Origin: the human T2T-CHM13v2.0 reference genome, Homo sapiens
Length of the DNA stretch: 64,000 nucleotides
NCBI RefSeq assembly: GCF_009914755.1
Contig: NC_060938.1
Direction: 5' to 3' (one strand)
This document shows positions 27,760 through 42,858 of this stretch, one piece after another. Within the stretch, counting starts at the first letter, position 1. Each line of letters starts with the position of its first letter. The translations under genes and the position numbers were made by a program. Below the pieces are notes generated by a model, which saw only the letters and a list, made by a program, of their open reading frames with translations, was not told the origin of the DNA and made no database searches.

Positions 27760-28900
27760 TTTCTAGATTATAAGCATAATAATATAAAATGCAGAACAAT
27801 TTTGATACTACAAAAATTACAAAATAAATGTTAAAATTAATGAATAATAACATTATTAGAGATAAACACTACTATACAATTTGGAGTTTTATGCCTAGAT
27901 AGATATCTATTTACATAGGTAGATAGAAAACATGCTGGATATATAGTTTTGCAATACAGCTTTTCCCCCTTAGTGATATATCATTAAATATTTCCAATGA
28001 CAGTAAAAATCCTCTGATAACTTCAATTTAAAACAATGACATATCCATATTATGATGATATCATTTAATTCCTCTCCAAATTTTAAACAATTTTTAGAAC
28101 TTTAGGAACAAAAAATAATACAGAGATGAAGATCTTTGTACATATAATTTTGTCCACTTCTCTGAAAACTTCCTTAAAAAAAATTCTGGAAATGGAAGTA
28201 CTTAAAGAGAAAGAATAGTTTTTAAGATTGACACTATTTCCTAATGGCTTTTCAAAAATGTAGTAATCATTATAACTCCTTCTCACAGCAATGTATGAGA
28301 ACTCAGGGTTTTCATCCTCTTACCACCACCCTCCACCCTGCAGTCCTCCAGCCATCTCCCCGGTCCCGACACCACCAGCCAACAAAAAGATGTTCTCATA
28401 GTGTCATAGTGACAGATGAAAAATGATGCTCACTAGCATTTTATTTTGCATTTCATTTAATTATAAATAAAATATGATTTTTTCCCATCAATATAGTGGT
28501 CATCTGCTTTTCTTTTAGGAAGTTTAATAACTTTTTTAGATTAATCATTTTTAAATGATTAATCATTAAAAAGTTGAATATTTTTCATCATGATTTGTGA
28601 GCTAATTTTATATTAAGAATATTATCCCATTTATATATTTGTAGCATATAACTAGGCACTTAGTTTTTAATAGGTTTATAATATTTTTGTATATACAAGC
28701 TTTTAGACATTTAGGTAATCATTTCAATAGAACTTTCTTTGTGACATTTTCTATTATTTAATGCCTAAAATGTTATTCCTTATTCAGCCATCTTTTTAAA
28801 AAATAAATCTTCAATAATTCTGACATTTATGTTGAAATATGAAGGCAAAAGACATATTCTTTTTTCGTTTTTTTCTCAAATGGTAACCTTACTTTTTCAA
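27760..28900 (-). mobile_element. Ancient L1ME-type LINE-1 remnant, antisense
   Basis: gatgaagatctttgtacata, cacagcaatgtatgagaa and ttttattttgcatttc are antisense old-L1 3' motifs. Boundaries approximate. Confidence 0.6.
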
Positions 28901-28904
28901 CATC

Positions 28905-29230
28905 ATTCAATAAATAATGAATTCAATCATTCAATAATGCATTCAACAGTTACTCATTCTTGCCATGAGCTTAATATTATTATGAGTGATATAATCCAGT
29001 GGTGAAACAAAGACTTTACTCTTAGAAAATTTGCATTCCAGGGGAAGAGAAAATAACAAATAATTACATAACTTACTGTGTACTGCAGAAAAACAATGCT
29101 TTGAATAAAAAAAAAAAGCAGATTAAGAGAAAGAGAGGACTAAATGTTTGTGAATGGAGGGAGAGATTTAACATAGGTTACAAAATCCTCTCTTATGAAA
29201 AGAAAGTTCATCAGAGACCTGTATCTGAAT
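28905..29230 (-). mobile_element. L2 3'-end fragment
   Basis: cattcaacag...cagtggtgaaacaaagac...tttgcattccaggggaaga resembles the antisense L2 tail. Confidence 0.45.
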
Positions 29231-29262
29231 ATCTGAATTACTATTTTCTAGGTCTACTTACT

Positions 29263-29263
<1 letters not shown>

Positions 29264-29325
<62 letters not shown>
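29264..29325. repeat. T32 run directly joined to (GT)15
   Basis: T at 29264-29295, GT repeats at 29296-29325. Confidence 0.95.
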
Positions 29326-29327
<2 letters not shown>

Positions 29328-30949
29328 AAGATTTTTATGTTTGGGCATTCAAAGAGAAATTTAGAAAGTTAGACTTTTCTATTTTAAACAGTATCCACAT
29401 GTAAGAATGTGTTGTTTATTGAAATAGTTTTGTTTATATTGTATATAATTCAAATTCATTAAACTTCCTTCTAGCACAGCTTATATTTATTTCTTTTCTC
29501 TTTTTGCTCTGTCAGTATCCTCTCTGTAAACCACCCCTTATGTAAACAAATAAATAATACAAATCATACACTTGCTTTAGGTGTCCAATGACTTTCAAAC
29601 TTCAAATAATACATCCTCTTCTGTATTCCCATTTTGTTTAGTTGATACTGCACTACCTAACCACTTCTTAAATTTTGTCTTATATTTTTCTGATTAATAC
29701 TGTCCTGAATGTACATTTTATGTCTCGAACCTTATTACAAATTCATCAAAAGCAGGGAATATATTCTACACCTAGTTGATAGCACAAAAGGAATTTTAAA
29801 ATATCCTTTGACTTGAAAAACTTCTTTAAAAACATACTAATAAAACGAGGTGAAAAAGGAGTTCTATAAGATAATAATAATTTTACAAATTGAAATACAC
29901 TTGAAAAATAAATGATACTTTTATTTTTCTCTCAAACTTTAAAACTGCAAGCCAGGATTCCCTGCTAGGACATGGGATTTTGTTATAGGAAGTTTTGTTG
30001 AAGACAGTTTATTATTAAGCAACAATTATGATATTTTTAAAAATAAACATAAGCCATTTTCAAATGCTGATCTTTCTAATGCACCGAAAGAATTTTTAAG
30101 TTTTAGTGTAAAATTTTAAAACCTAAAGTACTACTTAAAGTCTCAAATACAGACTCAAGTTATTTGGAAGTATCAATCTCTTTTAGTCATCTAAATTAAT
30201 GTACTGACTCTCCAGTCATGAACTATATTCAAGACATGATTTAATATATTTTCTCATAAAATATTAACATTATAATAATTAATCTCCTTACCCCAGGCAC
30301 ATTTTTATATTCTGAATAAGAGTAAGGGAAGCACAGAACCAGTTAAATAGTTTGAGGATGGTAAGGCAAAAAGTAGTTCCCTGTATGGAATATCTCTGAA
30401 ATTCTCTCATCCCCAAAATGTAGTAATTAAGAAGTATTATATGAATTTTAAATTTTCCATAGTCATAGTGATTTTCCAACTGTAAGAATAAGAGATTCTC
30501 ATTATTACTGAAAGGGAACCAGAAAATAAGAAACACCAAGATAGTTTCTGTATTGATTTATAAATTCTAAGTTTCTAGGTTTATAAATTGAGATGATTTA
30601 TGTTATAACATCATACAAATCAGTATTCCTACCTTTTTGATAAAAATATCTATTAGCATTATTTTTCATTTCATATCTGATAACATTATAACTAACCTTT
30701 TTTGAAGAAAACATTTACAACATATACTGTAATCTTTCAATTATTATTTTGAAATATGTTTACAAAAATAAAATGTATATAATTTCATTTTATAAAATAC
30801 TCTCAAATTATATAAAGCATCTGATATTTAGAAAAGGAACTAAGCAAAAAATGTTGGATATTGCATTAACATCAGGAATATTACTGAATACCTTAGAAAC
30901 ATTATGTCCTTTGTATAAACATAGTATTAGTTGAAATGCACTTAAGAAA

Positions 30950-32010
30950 TGCTTTAAAAATCATATGAAAATATTCTACCACCAGCAGGCAGAAAAAGTG
31001 TTTCTGAGCAAACCACAATGACTGAGGGAAAAAAGAATAGATATATTTGCATACATTATAAACAATAATGGCAAAAAACAAAAAAAAGTCAAAAATCAAG
31101 TGATAAAATATTTGCAACACAAATGATAAGCAAATGTTAATATTCCTAATATGTAAAGAGCTCCAATAAATTGTAGGAAGAAAACAAACAAATTTGATAG
31201 AAAAAGGGCAAAGGAAAAGAATTAGCAATTCACAGAAGAGGAAATTTAAATTGCTAATCAACATATGAAAAGATATTCCCTCTCATTTGTAGTCAGAGAA
31301 ATGCAAATTAAATCAACAACAAAATACACATAAAATTGGCAAACTTAAAAAGATTTACTACATCCAGTGCTGGTGGAGAGACTGAAACAGTTACTCTCCT
31401 GAATTATTGGTTAGAGTATGAATTGCTACCCACCATTGTGAAAATGAATTTAGCAATATATAGTAAATTTAAGAATTACTATTGATTCAGTCATCCTAAT
31501 TTGGGGAATCTAGCCTATAGAAATTATTGTATTACTTATAAAAACATATGTAAAAAATGATTATCGTAGCTTTGTAGCTGCAAAAAAACTGGAGGGAAAA
31601 TAATTAAATTTGACTATCCAATGATAGGCAAATGTTCATATACATTTTATTATACTTTTTATTATAATTTTATGGAATGCTGTGTCACTAGGAAGAATGA
31701 GTCAGAGCTATCTCTTTTGGCCTAGAGGAAAACTCATGGTATGTTTTTAAATGATAAAAAAAATTTATATTGTAGAACAATGCAAATACCAGTATTATCC
31801 CATTTTTAAAAATCATATAACAAACCTCATATGTGTATATGATACATTTTGCACTTGTATAAGTTTGTATATGTGTTTTATATGTTTATAAGCATTCAAG
31901 AACAGTATAGAATATGGAATGACATAAACTAGGCTATTATCTTTGATCATTTGGAGAGTTTTGAAAAGAAGAAGGGGTGGGAGAGATTTTTAATTGTTTT
32001 ATTTAAATAT
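30950..32010 (+). mobile_element. Ancient L1M (L1ME/MC-type) remnant
   Basis: aaaatatttgcaacac, gaaaaagggcaaagga, gcaattcacagaagaggaaat and cagagaaatgcaaattaaa are L1 ORF2 3' motifs. Confidence 0.75.
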
Positions 32011-32115
32011 AGCAACACTAATTCATTCAATTAGCTTTGGGAAAAATTGTGACAATTAAGATCAGTAAAGGATAAAGTATATAAATCCCAATATATCACT
32101 TTAAAAATATCTGTG

Positions 32116-32645
32116 ATCCTAGGTATATATCCAAGAGAAATGAAAGCATATATGCATACATAAACTCATTAACAAACATTCATATCATCACTATTTATAC
32201 CACCTAAAAGGTGAAAAAAAATCTATTAACTTAAAATGTGGCATATCCATATAATGAAATATTTTTGGTAATAAAAAGGAATGAACTACTAATACATGAT
32301 ACAGCATCAGTGAACCTTGAAAGTATTAAGCTAAATGAAAGAAGCAAGTCACAAAAGACCACATAGTATATGGTTACGTTTATATAGACCTCCAGAAAAA
32401 GGAGGCCTATAGAGACAGTAAGTCAGGGGTTGGCTAGGGCTGGGCTGTGGGGCTGTCAAGAGGAAGATGGTGAGTGACTGCTAATGGATAGGGGGTTTCT
32501 TTTTGGAGGGGACAGGAGGTGAAAATGTTCTAAAATTAGATTTTGGTCATAGCTGCACAACTTTGTGAATCTACTAAATAACATTCAATGTTGGCCTGAA
32601 ATGGGTGAATTGTATGGCATAAGAATAATACTCGATGTAGCTGAA
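32116..32645 (+). mobile_element. L1MB (L1MB7/8-like) 3' end
   Basis: cctaggtatatatccaagagaaatgaaa, aaaaggaatgaactactaatacatg, gagtgactgctaatgg and gaaaatgttctaaaattagat. Confidence 0.85.
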
Positions 32646-33766
32646 AGAAAACCTATGACCAATTTTTTCAACATGATAACTGTTTCTTAACAAATTCATT
32701 TTTAAATATTATACTCATTAACTAAAAACCTTATAATAAGCCATCAAAGGATAATAAGGTATTCCATATAAATAAAATTTCCTGTTAGTGAAGAATTCCC
32801 ACTTAAAATGTCAACACTTTCTCTTAATTTTACATATTTGGGATGAGAAAATATCTTTGTTATAAACCTACTTGGCTTTTTAAGCAGTGTCTAATAATAA
32901 TATGCCATATTTTTCTTGAAAATAGGTGTCAATAATAGGAACATCATCTTTAATGTTATGACTATGTAGTTTAAATATAATACACCAACATTTCCCCCAG
33001 GATTTCCCACTAATTACCTTTGATGGTAAAGATCATTAAATATACATCTAAATAAGAGTGAAAGAATAAATCTCATTTAAGAGAAGTCCTGAGTTCTCAT
33101 GAATAATGTACCTGACCTTAAATGCTTACATATTGTGAGATAAATTTTGGCCATTCAGATCTTTTCCCTCGATTTCTGGTTATTCACTCTGTTCTATATA
33201 AGCAAGATTGCCAGACCGTAAGACACATGTGATATTAATATCTCAATTTTAAATCTAGGCAGGGCTCCTGATACTCTTGGATGCTCAAATTATTAAGATT
33301 TTCATATCTATTTTTATCCTGTTGGTGATTTAAATCACAGCATGAATATCTTTTTTTCAGTACAGAGTTTGCCAAACGCTGTTGTCATCAATGAAGGCAG
33401 CCACTAACATTTTGAAATGAAACATCAAAATGGTTTCAAATTCTGTGACAGATCAATTTAGGAGTATTATACAAGAGCAAGAAAAACACAGACTGGATTT
33501 GCTTCTGTGGTTTTCTGTACATTTCTTTCTCAAACGGATGAATGTTATTATTTAGAATTAGAAATATGTGATCCTTTCTGTTCCAATCTAGTATTTGTAA
33601 TGGTATGCCTTCTAAAATTTATAACCAAACTAACTTATTAGATGTTAAGAGAGTTTAAATATAAAACTCATTACTTATCCAAGTGTGAGCTTTGACTCGA
33701 TTTTCTTTAAACCTGACCTTATCCCTACAACTAATCATTTACTTATATTTCAAAGATTTTTTTCAG

Positions 33767-34030
33767 TGTGTTATAGTGGTAAGAGCTTTAATTTTGAAGT
33801 CAAATATAGGGCTTATCTTAAATTCTGGCTTAATTTATTTCTAAGCATTTACTTGGTTACTTAACCTTTCAAAACCTGTTTTTTTTAATTTTTTTTAAAT
33901 TTTTTAGAAAACTATAAAAATAGTATCTACTTCCTAGTTCTTCAGAGGGTTCAACTAGTCATCATTAATAAAAAGACTTTCATATACAGTGCCTCTTAGG
34001 AAAAAAAAAAACATTTAGTAACAGTTAATT
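33767..34030 (+). mobile_element. MIR SINE
   Basis: tatagtggtaagagc...gttacttaacctttc...atagtatctacttcctag matches MIR. Confidence 0.6.
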
Positions 34031-34049
34031 TTCTTTTTCGTAACTGCTT

Positions 34050-34560
34050 AGCCTACAACTTCCATCTTAATCAAAGCCCTTATCACTTTGTTTGATCTCT
34101 ATACAGAATACTGCTGCCAGCTTTATCTTCCTAAAACCCACTTAACGTCTTCACTCCTTAAAAATCTTCAATGGCAGGTGATGGGAATAACTTGCCAAAT
34201 AAACTCAAAATGCTTTAGCTTGACCTTTAAAATCCTCCTTAATCTGGCCTCATCTTTCTTCTATTCCAAACTGATGTACTCATGATATTTTAAATAACTT
34301 GCTTTCCCTAAATCTGCCATTTTCTAATGTCAGACCTTAAAAAAAAGAATATTAACTTTTAACTCATTTTTCTGATTCTATAACTACATTTTACAGTTTC
34401 CTTTTCCATTAAACCATCTAATGACATCTTACTCGTCCAATCCTCGCAACTATCCAGATCTCAATTTTTAGTTACCTCATAAAACTTTTCCTGATTATTC
34501 TAATTACAATTCACATCTACCATTTTCTAACCTCTAGAACAATGGATTTAGAGTTTACAA
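34050..34560 (+). mobile_element. L2 fragment
   Basis: gctgccagctttatcttcctaaaac...cactccttaaaaatcttcaatggc...ttaatctggcctc matches L2. Confidence 0.6.
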
Positions 34561-36166
34561 TGTAACTATTTTGTGTTTCTATGAAATGTTCAGGAATTAT
34601 TTGCTGTGATTTATCATTTATGTGTAATTTATGTGTACAACATAAGTAAAGTTATATTTTACCCACAGCTGCCCCTCCCAAAAGAACCTGGCCCACAGTG
34701 GGTAATCTATTACCTATTACCATGTGGAAAACTTGATTTGCTCTTATTTAGTTTCCACCCAATCAGCCAATGATACTCTATTTACCTATATTTACAAGAT
34801 TATTCCATGTAATGCATGTTTCTGAAACATCAGGAAAATTAACTCCCACTGTATTTACTTCAAAACTATAAACAATATTTTGTAGCATTTTCCTTTAAAC
34901 AGAAAACACAATTTATTTCAACGTCTCTGTCCCAAAGCATGTTCATCAGTCTTTATTTTATACCTACTACATTTTAATCAGCTTGGGATTTTTGATCATT
35001 TAATTTTGAAAACCTGTGTGAATAGTTCTAAGAGTTACTGCAAAACAGTGTGCCTGATGCTGGAGCTCATCTTCTGCAAATGAGCCAAATATTTTACACA
35101 TACTTATTCTATACTTGTTTTTCTGGAAAATATCATTAGTATCCATATTTACATGCCCAGTATACATACAGGCCAATATATCTAACAAAAAGAAAAATTA
35201 AATTGTATAATCCAACTATTATTGGTCAATCTCAGATCTAGGTTTGTTGTCTTATTCAAGTTGTAAAAAAACAAAAACAACATAAATTTCTACAAGCATA
35301 ACTTTATTTTTAGAACAATTTTCATTTAATGCTAACTTTAAACCTTATCTTCTGTGCCTTTAGTTCTTCTCACCTCAGTAGGGGATTAAAATCTGATAAA
35401 TACTTGCTGATTTTCTTCAACCCCTTTGATTTTGAGTTATTGTTCTTACTCTCCATTTTCCTGTCTTCATTGTGTATCTAAAAACTGACATACAACCTCA
35501 TGCCTCATAGGTATCATGCCATTTCAGCAAAACAATGTAATTAGTTACATTGCAAAAGTTTACTGAGCAGTCATTTTGTACAGGGAACTAAGACACTGTA
35601 GAAAAAATGCAGGAAAAAATGCATAGCCTTGAGGGGTTTCAAAATCTGCTGGAGGTAGGAAAGGCGGGGCACAAACTTTCCAAAAGATTAATTACAAACA
35701 ATTGAAAAGATTGACATGCTATCTACTCAACATGTAAAGTAACAATAAGAGTGCTGGTGGACTATAGAAAAAATAAAGAACTTGTTAAAGAAAAGGTTAA
35801 ATTCTTTGGATTTGAAGTAGGCAAGTTTTAGAGTAGTAAGCCTTGGATGTAATAAAAATGAAATTAACATTAAAAAGCTGTGGTTTTCTGTGGAGAGGAG
35901 AAATGGGTACTTAGAATGAGATGATATATAAAGTGGCAAAGAGGTAGATTATCAAAAATTGAAATTTAGGGTATAATCCATTGATGAAACAGAGGATTCA
36001 TAAGATTAAATGTGATAAAGCTGAAGAAAAATATACTGGATTACAGTCATTCCAAGATGGCCAAATAGAAACAGCTCCAGTCTACAGCTCCCAGCATGAG
36101 TGATGCAGAAGACGGGTGATTTCTGCATTGCTAACTGAGGTACCGGGTTCATCTCGCTGGGTCTTG

Positions 36167-36481
36167 TCAGACAGTGGGTGCAGCCCACAGAGTGTGAGCC
36201 GAAGCAGGGTGGGGCATCGCCTCATCCGGGAGGTGTAAGGGGTTGGGGAATTCCCTTTCCCAACCAAGGGAAGCAGTGACAAAATGGTACCTGGAAAATC
36301 GGGACACTCCCACCCTAATACTGTGCTTTTCCAACAGTCTTAGCAAACGGCACACCAGGAGATTATATCCCATGCATGGCTTTGAGGGTCCCATGCCCAC
36401 GGAGCTTTGCTCACTGCTAGCACAGCAGTCTGAGATGGAACTCCAAGGTGGCAGTGAGGCTGGGAGAGGGGCATCTGTCAT
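36167..36481 (-). CDS. ORF0: L1 ORF0 homologue, open antisense frame of 104 aa; expression unproven
   Basis: MTDAPLPASLPPWSSISDCCASSEQSSVGMGPSKPCMGYNLLVCRLLRLLEKHSIRVGVSRFSR aligns with recalled L1HS ORF0 (MAGAPPPASLPPCSLISDCCASNQRDSVGVGPSEPG...IRVGVTRFSR). ATG at 36481-36479. Confidence 0.55.
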   Translation of the reverse strand: MTDAPLPASLPPWSSISDCCASSEQSSVGMGPSKPCMGYNLLVCRLLRLLEKHSIRVGVSRFSRYHFVTASLGWEREFPNPLHLPDEAMPHPASAHTLWAAPTV

Positions 36482-37052
36482 TGCTGAGGCTTGAGTAGGT
36501 AAACAAAGCAACCAGGAAGCTCCAACTGGGTGGAGCCCACAGCAGCTCAAGGAGGTCTGCCCGCCTCTGTAGACTCTAGATCTGGGGGCAGGGCATAGCT
36601 GAACAAAAGGCAGCAGAAACTTCAGACTTAAACATCCCTGTCTTACAGCTGTGAAGAGAGTAGTGGTTCTCCCAGCATGGAGTTTGAGATCTGAGAACAG
36701 ACAGACTGCCTCCTCAAGTGGGTCCCTGACCCCTGAGTAGCCTAACTGTGAGACAACTCCCAGTAGGGGCCAACTGACATCTCATACAGCTGGGTGCCCC
36801 TCTGAGACGAAGCTTCCAGAGGAAGGACCAGGCAGCAACATTTGCCGTTCTGCCATGTTTGCTGTTCTGCAGCCTCTGTTGGTGATACCAGTCAAACAGG
36901 GTCTGGAGTGGACCTACAGCAAACTCCAACAGACCTGCAGCTGAGGGTCCTGACTGTTAGAAGGAAAACTAACAAACAGAAACAACATCCACACCAAAAC
37001 CCCATCTGTACATCACCATCAACAAAGACCAAAGGTAGATAAAACCACAAAG

Positions 37053-38075
37053 ATGGGGAAAAAACAGAGCAGAAAAGCTGAAAATTCTAAAAATCAGAGC
37101 ACCTCTTCTTCTCCAAAGGAACGCAGCTCCTTGCCAGCAATGGAACAAAGCTGGACAGAGAATGAATTTGATGAGTTGAGTGAATAAGGCTTCAGACGAT
37201 CGGTAATAAGAAACTTCTCCGAGCTAAAGGCAGATGTTTGAACCCATCGCAAAGAAGCTAAAAACCTTGAAAAAAGATTAGATGAATGGCTAACTAGAAT
37301 AAACAGCATAGAGAAGAGCTTAAATGACCTGATAGAGCTGAAAACCATGGCAGGAGAACTAAGTGATGCATGCACAAGCTTCAGTAGCCGATTCGATCAA
37401 GTGGAAGAAAGGGTATCAGTGATTGAAGATCAAATGAATGAAATGAAGTGAGAAGAGAAGTTTAGAGAAAAAAGACTAAAAAAAATTGAACAAAGCCTCC
37501 AAGAAATATGGGACTATGTGAAAAGACCAAATCTACGTCTGATTGGTGTACATTAAAGTGGCAAAGAGAATGGAACCAAGTTGGAAAACACTCTTCAGGA
37601 TATTATCCAGGAGAACTTCCCCAACCTAGCAAGGGAGGCCAACATTCAAATTCAGGAAATACAGAGAACGCCACAAAGATACTCCTCGAGAAGAGCAACT
37701 CCAAGACACATAATTGTCAGATTCACCAAAGTTGAAATGAAGGAAAAAATGATAAGGGCAGCCAGAGAGAAAGGTCGGTTACCCACAAAGGGAAGCCCAT
37801 CAGACTAACAGCGGATCTCTTGGCAGAAACTCTACAAGCCAGAAGAGAGTGGGGGCCAATATTCAACATTCTTAAAGAAAAGAATTTTCAACCTAGAATT
37901 TCATATCCAGCCAAACTAAGCTTCATAAGTGAAGGAGAAATAAAATCCTTTACAGACAAGCAAATGCTGAGATTTTGTCACCACCAGGCCTGCCTTACAA
38001 GAGCTCCTGAAGGAAGCGCTAAACATGGAAAGGAACAACTGGTAGCAGCCACTGCAAAAACATGCCAAATTGTAA
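37053..38075 (+). pseudogene. ORF1: L1 ORF1 (p40), disrupted
   Basis: Starts ATGGGGAAAAAACAG. Fragments ENTLQDIIQENFPNLAREANIQIQEIQRTPQRY and LQARREWGPIFNILKEKNFQPRISYPAKLSF lie in different frames, with internal stops. Confidence 0.93.
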
Positions 38076-38142
38076 AGACCATCGATGCTAGGAAGAAACT
38101 GCATCAACTAACGAATGAGCAAAATAACCAGTTAACGTCATA

Positions 38143-41956
<3,814 letters not shown>

Positions 41957-42344
41957 ACAATGAGAACACTTGGACACAGGATGGGGATTATCACACACCG
42001 GAGCCTGTCAGGGGATGGGGGAGGGATAGCATTAGGAGATATATCTAATGTAAATGATGAGTTAATGGGTGCAGCACACCAACATGGCACATGTATACAT
42101 ATGTAAAAAACATGCATGTTGTGCACATGTACCCTAGAACTTAAAGTACAATTAAAAAAAAAAGAAAAGAAAAATATACTGGATTACTTGGTAGTGCCTA
42201 TCAAATGCTTGCCTAATAAGGTCCATGTATTAAATCACTACTGTATGTAATATGTGATTCATTGAAGAAATATTAATAAAAGTCTGTGTGGAAAGTAAAT
42301 GACACATATCACACCATTCTTCTGAATGGAGACTCATTAGAATT

Positions 42345-42631
42345 TCTTGAATTTCTTTTTTTTGAGACAGGGTCTCACTTTCTCGCCCAGGCTGGAGTGC
42401 AGTGGCATGATCTCAGCTCAGTGCAACCTCCACTTCCTGGGTTCAAGCGATTCTCCTGCCTTAGTCTCCTGAGTATTTGAGAGTACAGGCACCTGCCACC
42501 TTTGTATTTTTAGTAGAGACAGGGTTTCACAATGTTGGCCAGGCTGGTCTTCAACTCCTGACCTCCTGTGATCCACACGCCTCAGCCTCCCAAATTGCTG
42601 GTATTACAGGCGTGAACCACCACACCCGGAC
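42345..42631 (-). mobile_element. Alu (S-type), antisense, with a small deletion at the linker
   Basis: gccacc joins tttgtatttttagtagag directly. TSD tcattagaatt on both flanks. Confidence 0.92.
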
Positions 42632-42780
42632 AGTTCATTAGAATTGCTAATGCACAAAGCACTCTAATTGTGAATATATGTTATGACGATTTTGATCATG
42701 CCTGAGACAAAAAAATTGTCATCTATGGACTGCATGGTGCTTAAGGCAGCCTAGCATAAAGTCTCTATGTATAGAGTTAA

Positions 42781-42790
42781 ATAGATAGAT

Positions 42791-42845
<55 letters not shown>

Positions 42846-42858
42846 AAGAGATAAATAG
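42781..42858. repeat. (GATA)n tetranucleotide STR
   Basis: (GATA)11 uninterrupted at 42791-42834, with degenerate flanking units. Confidence 0.95.
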
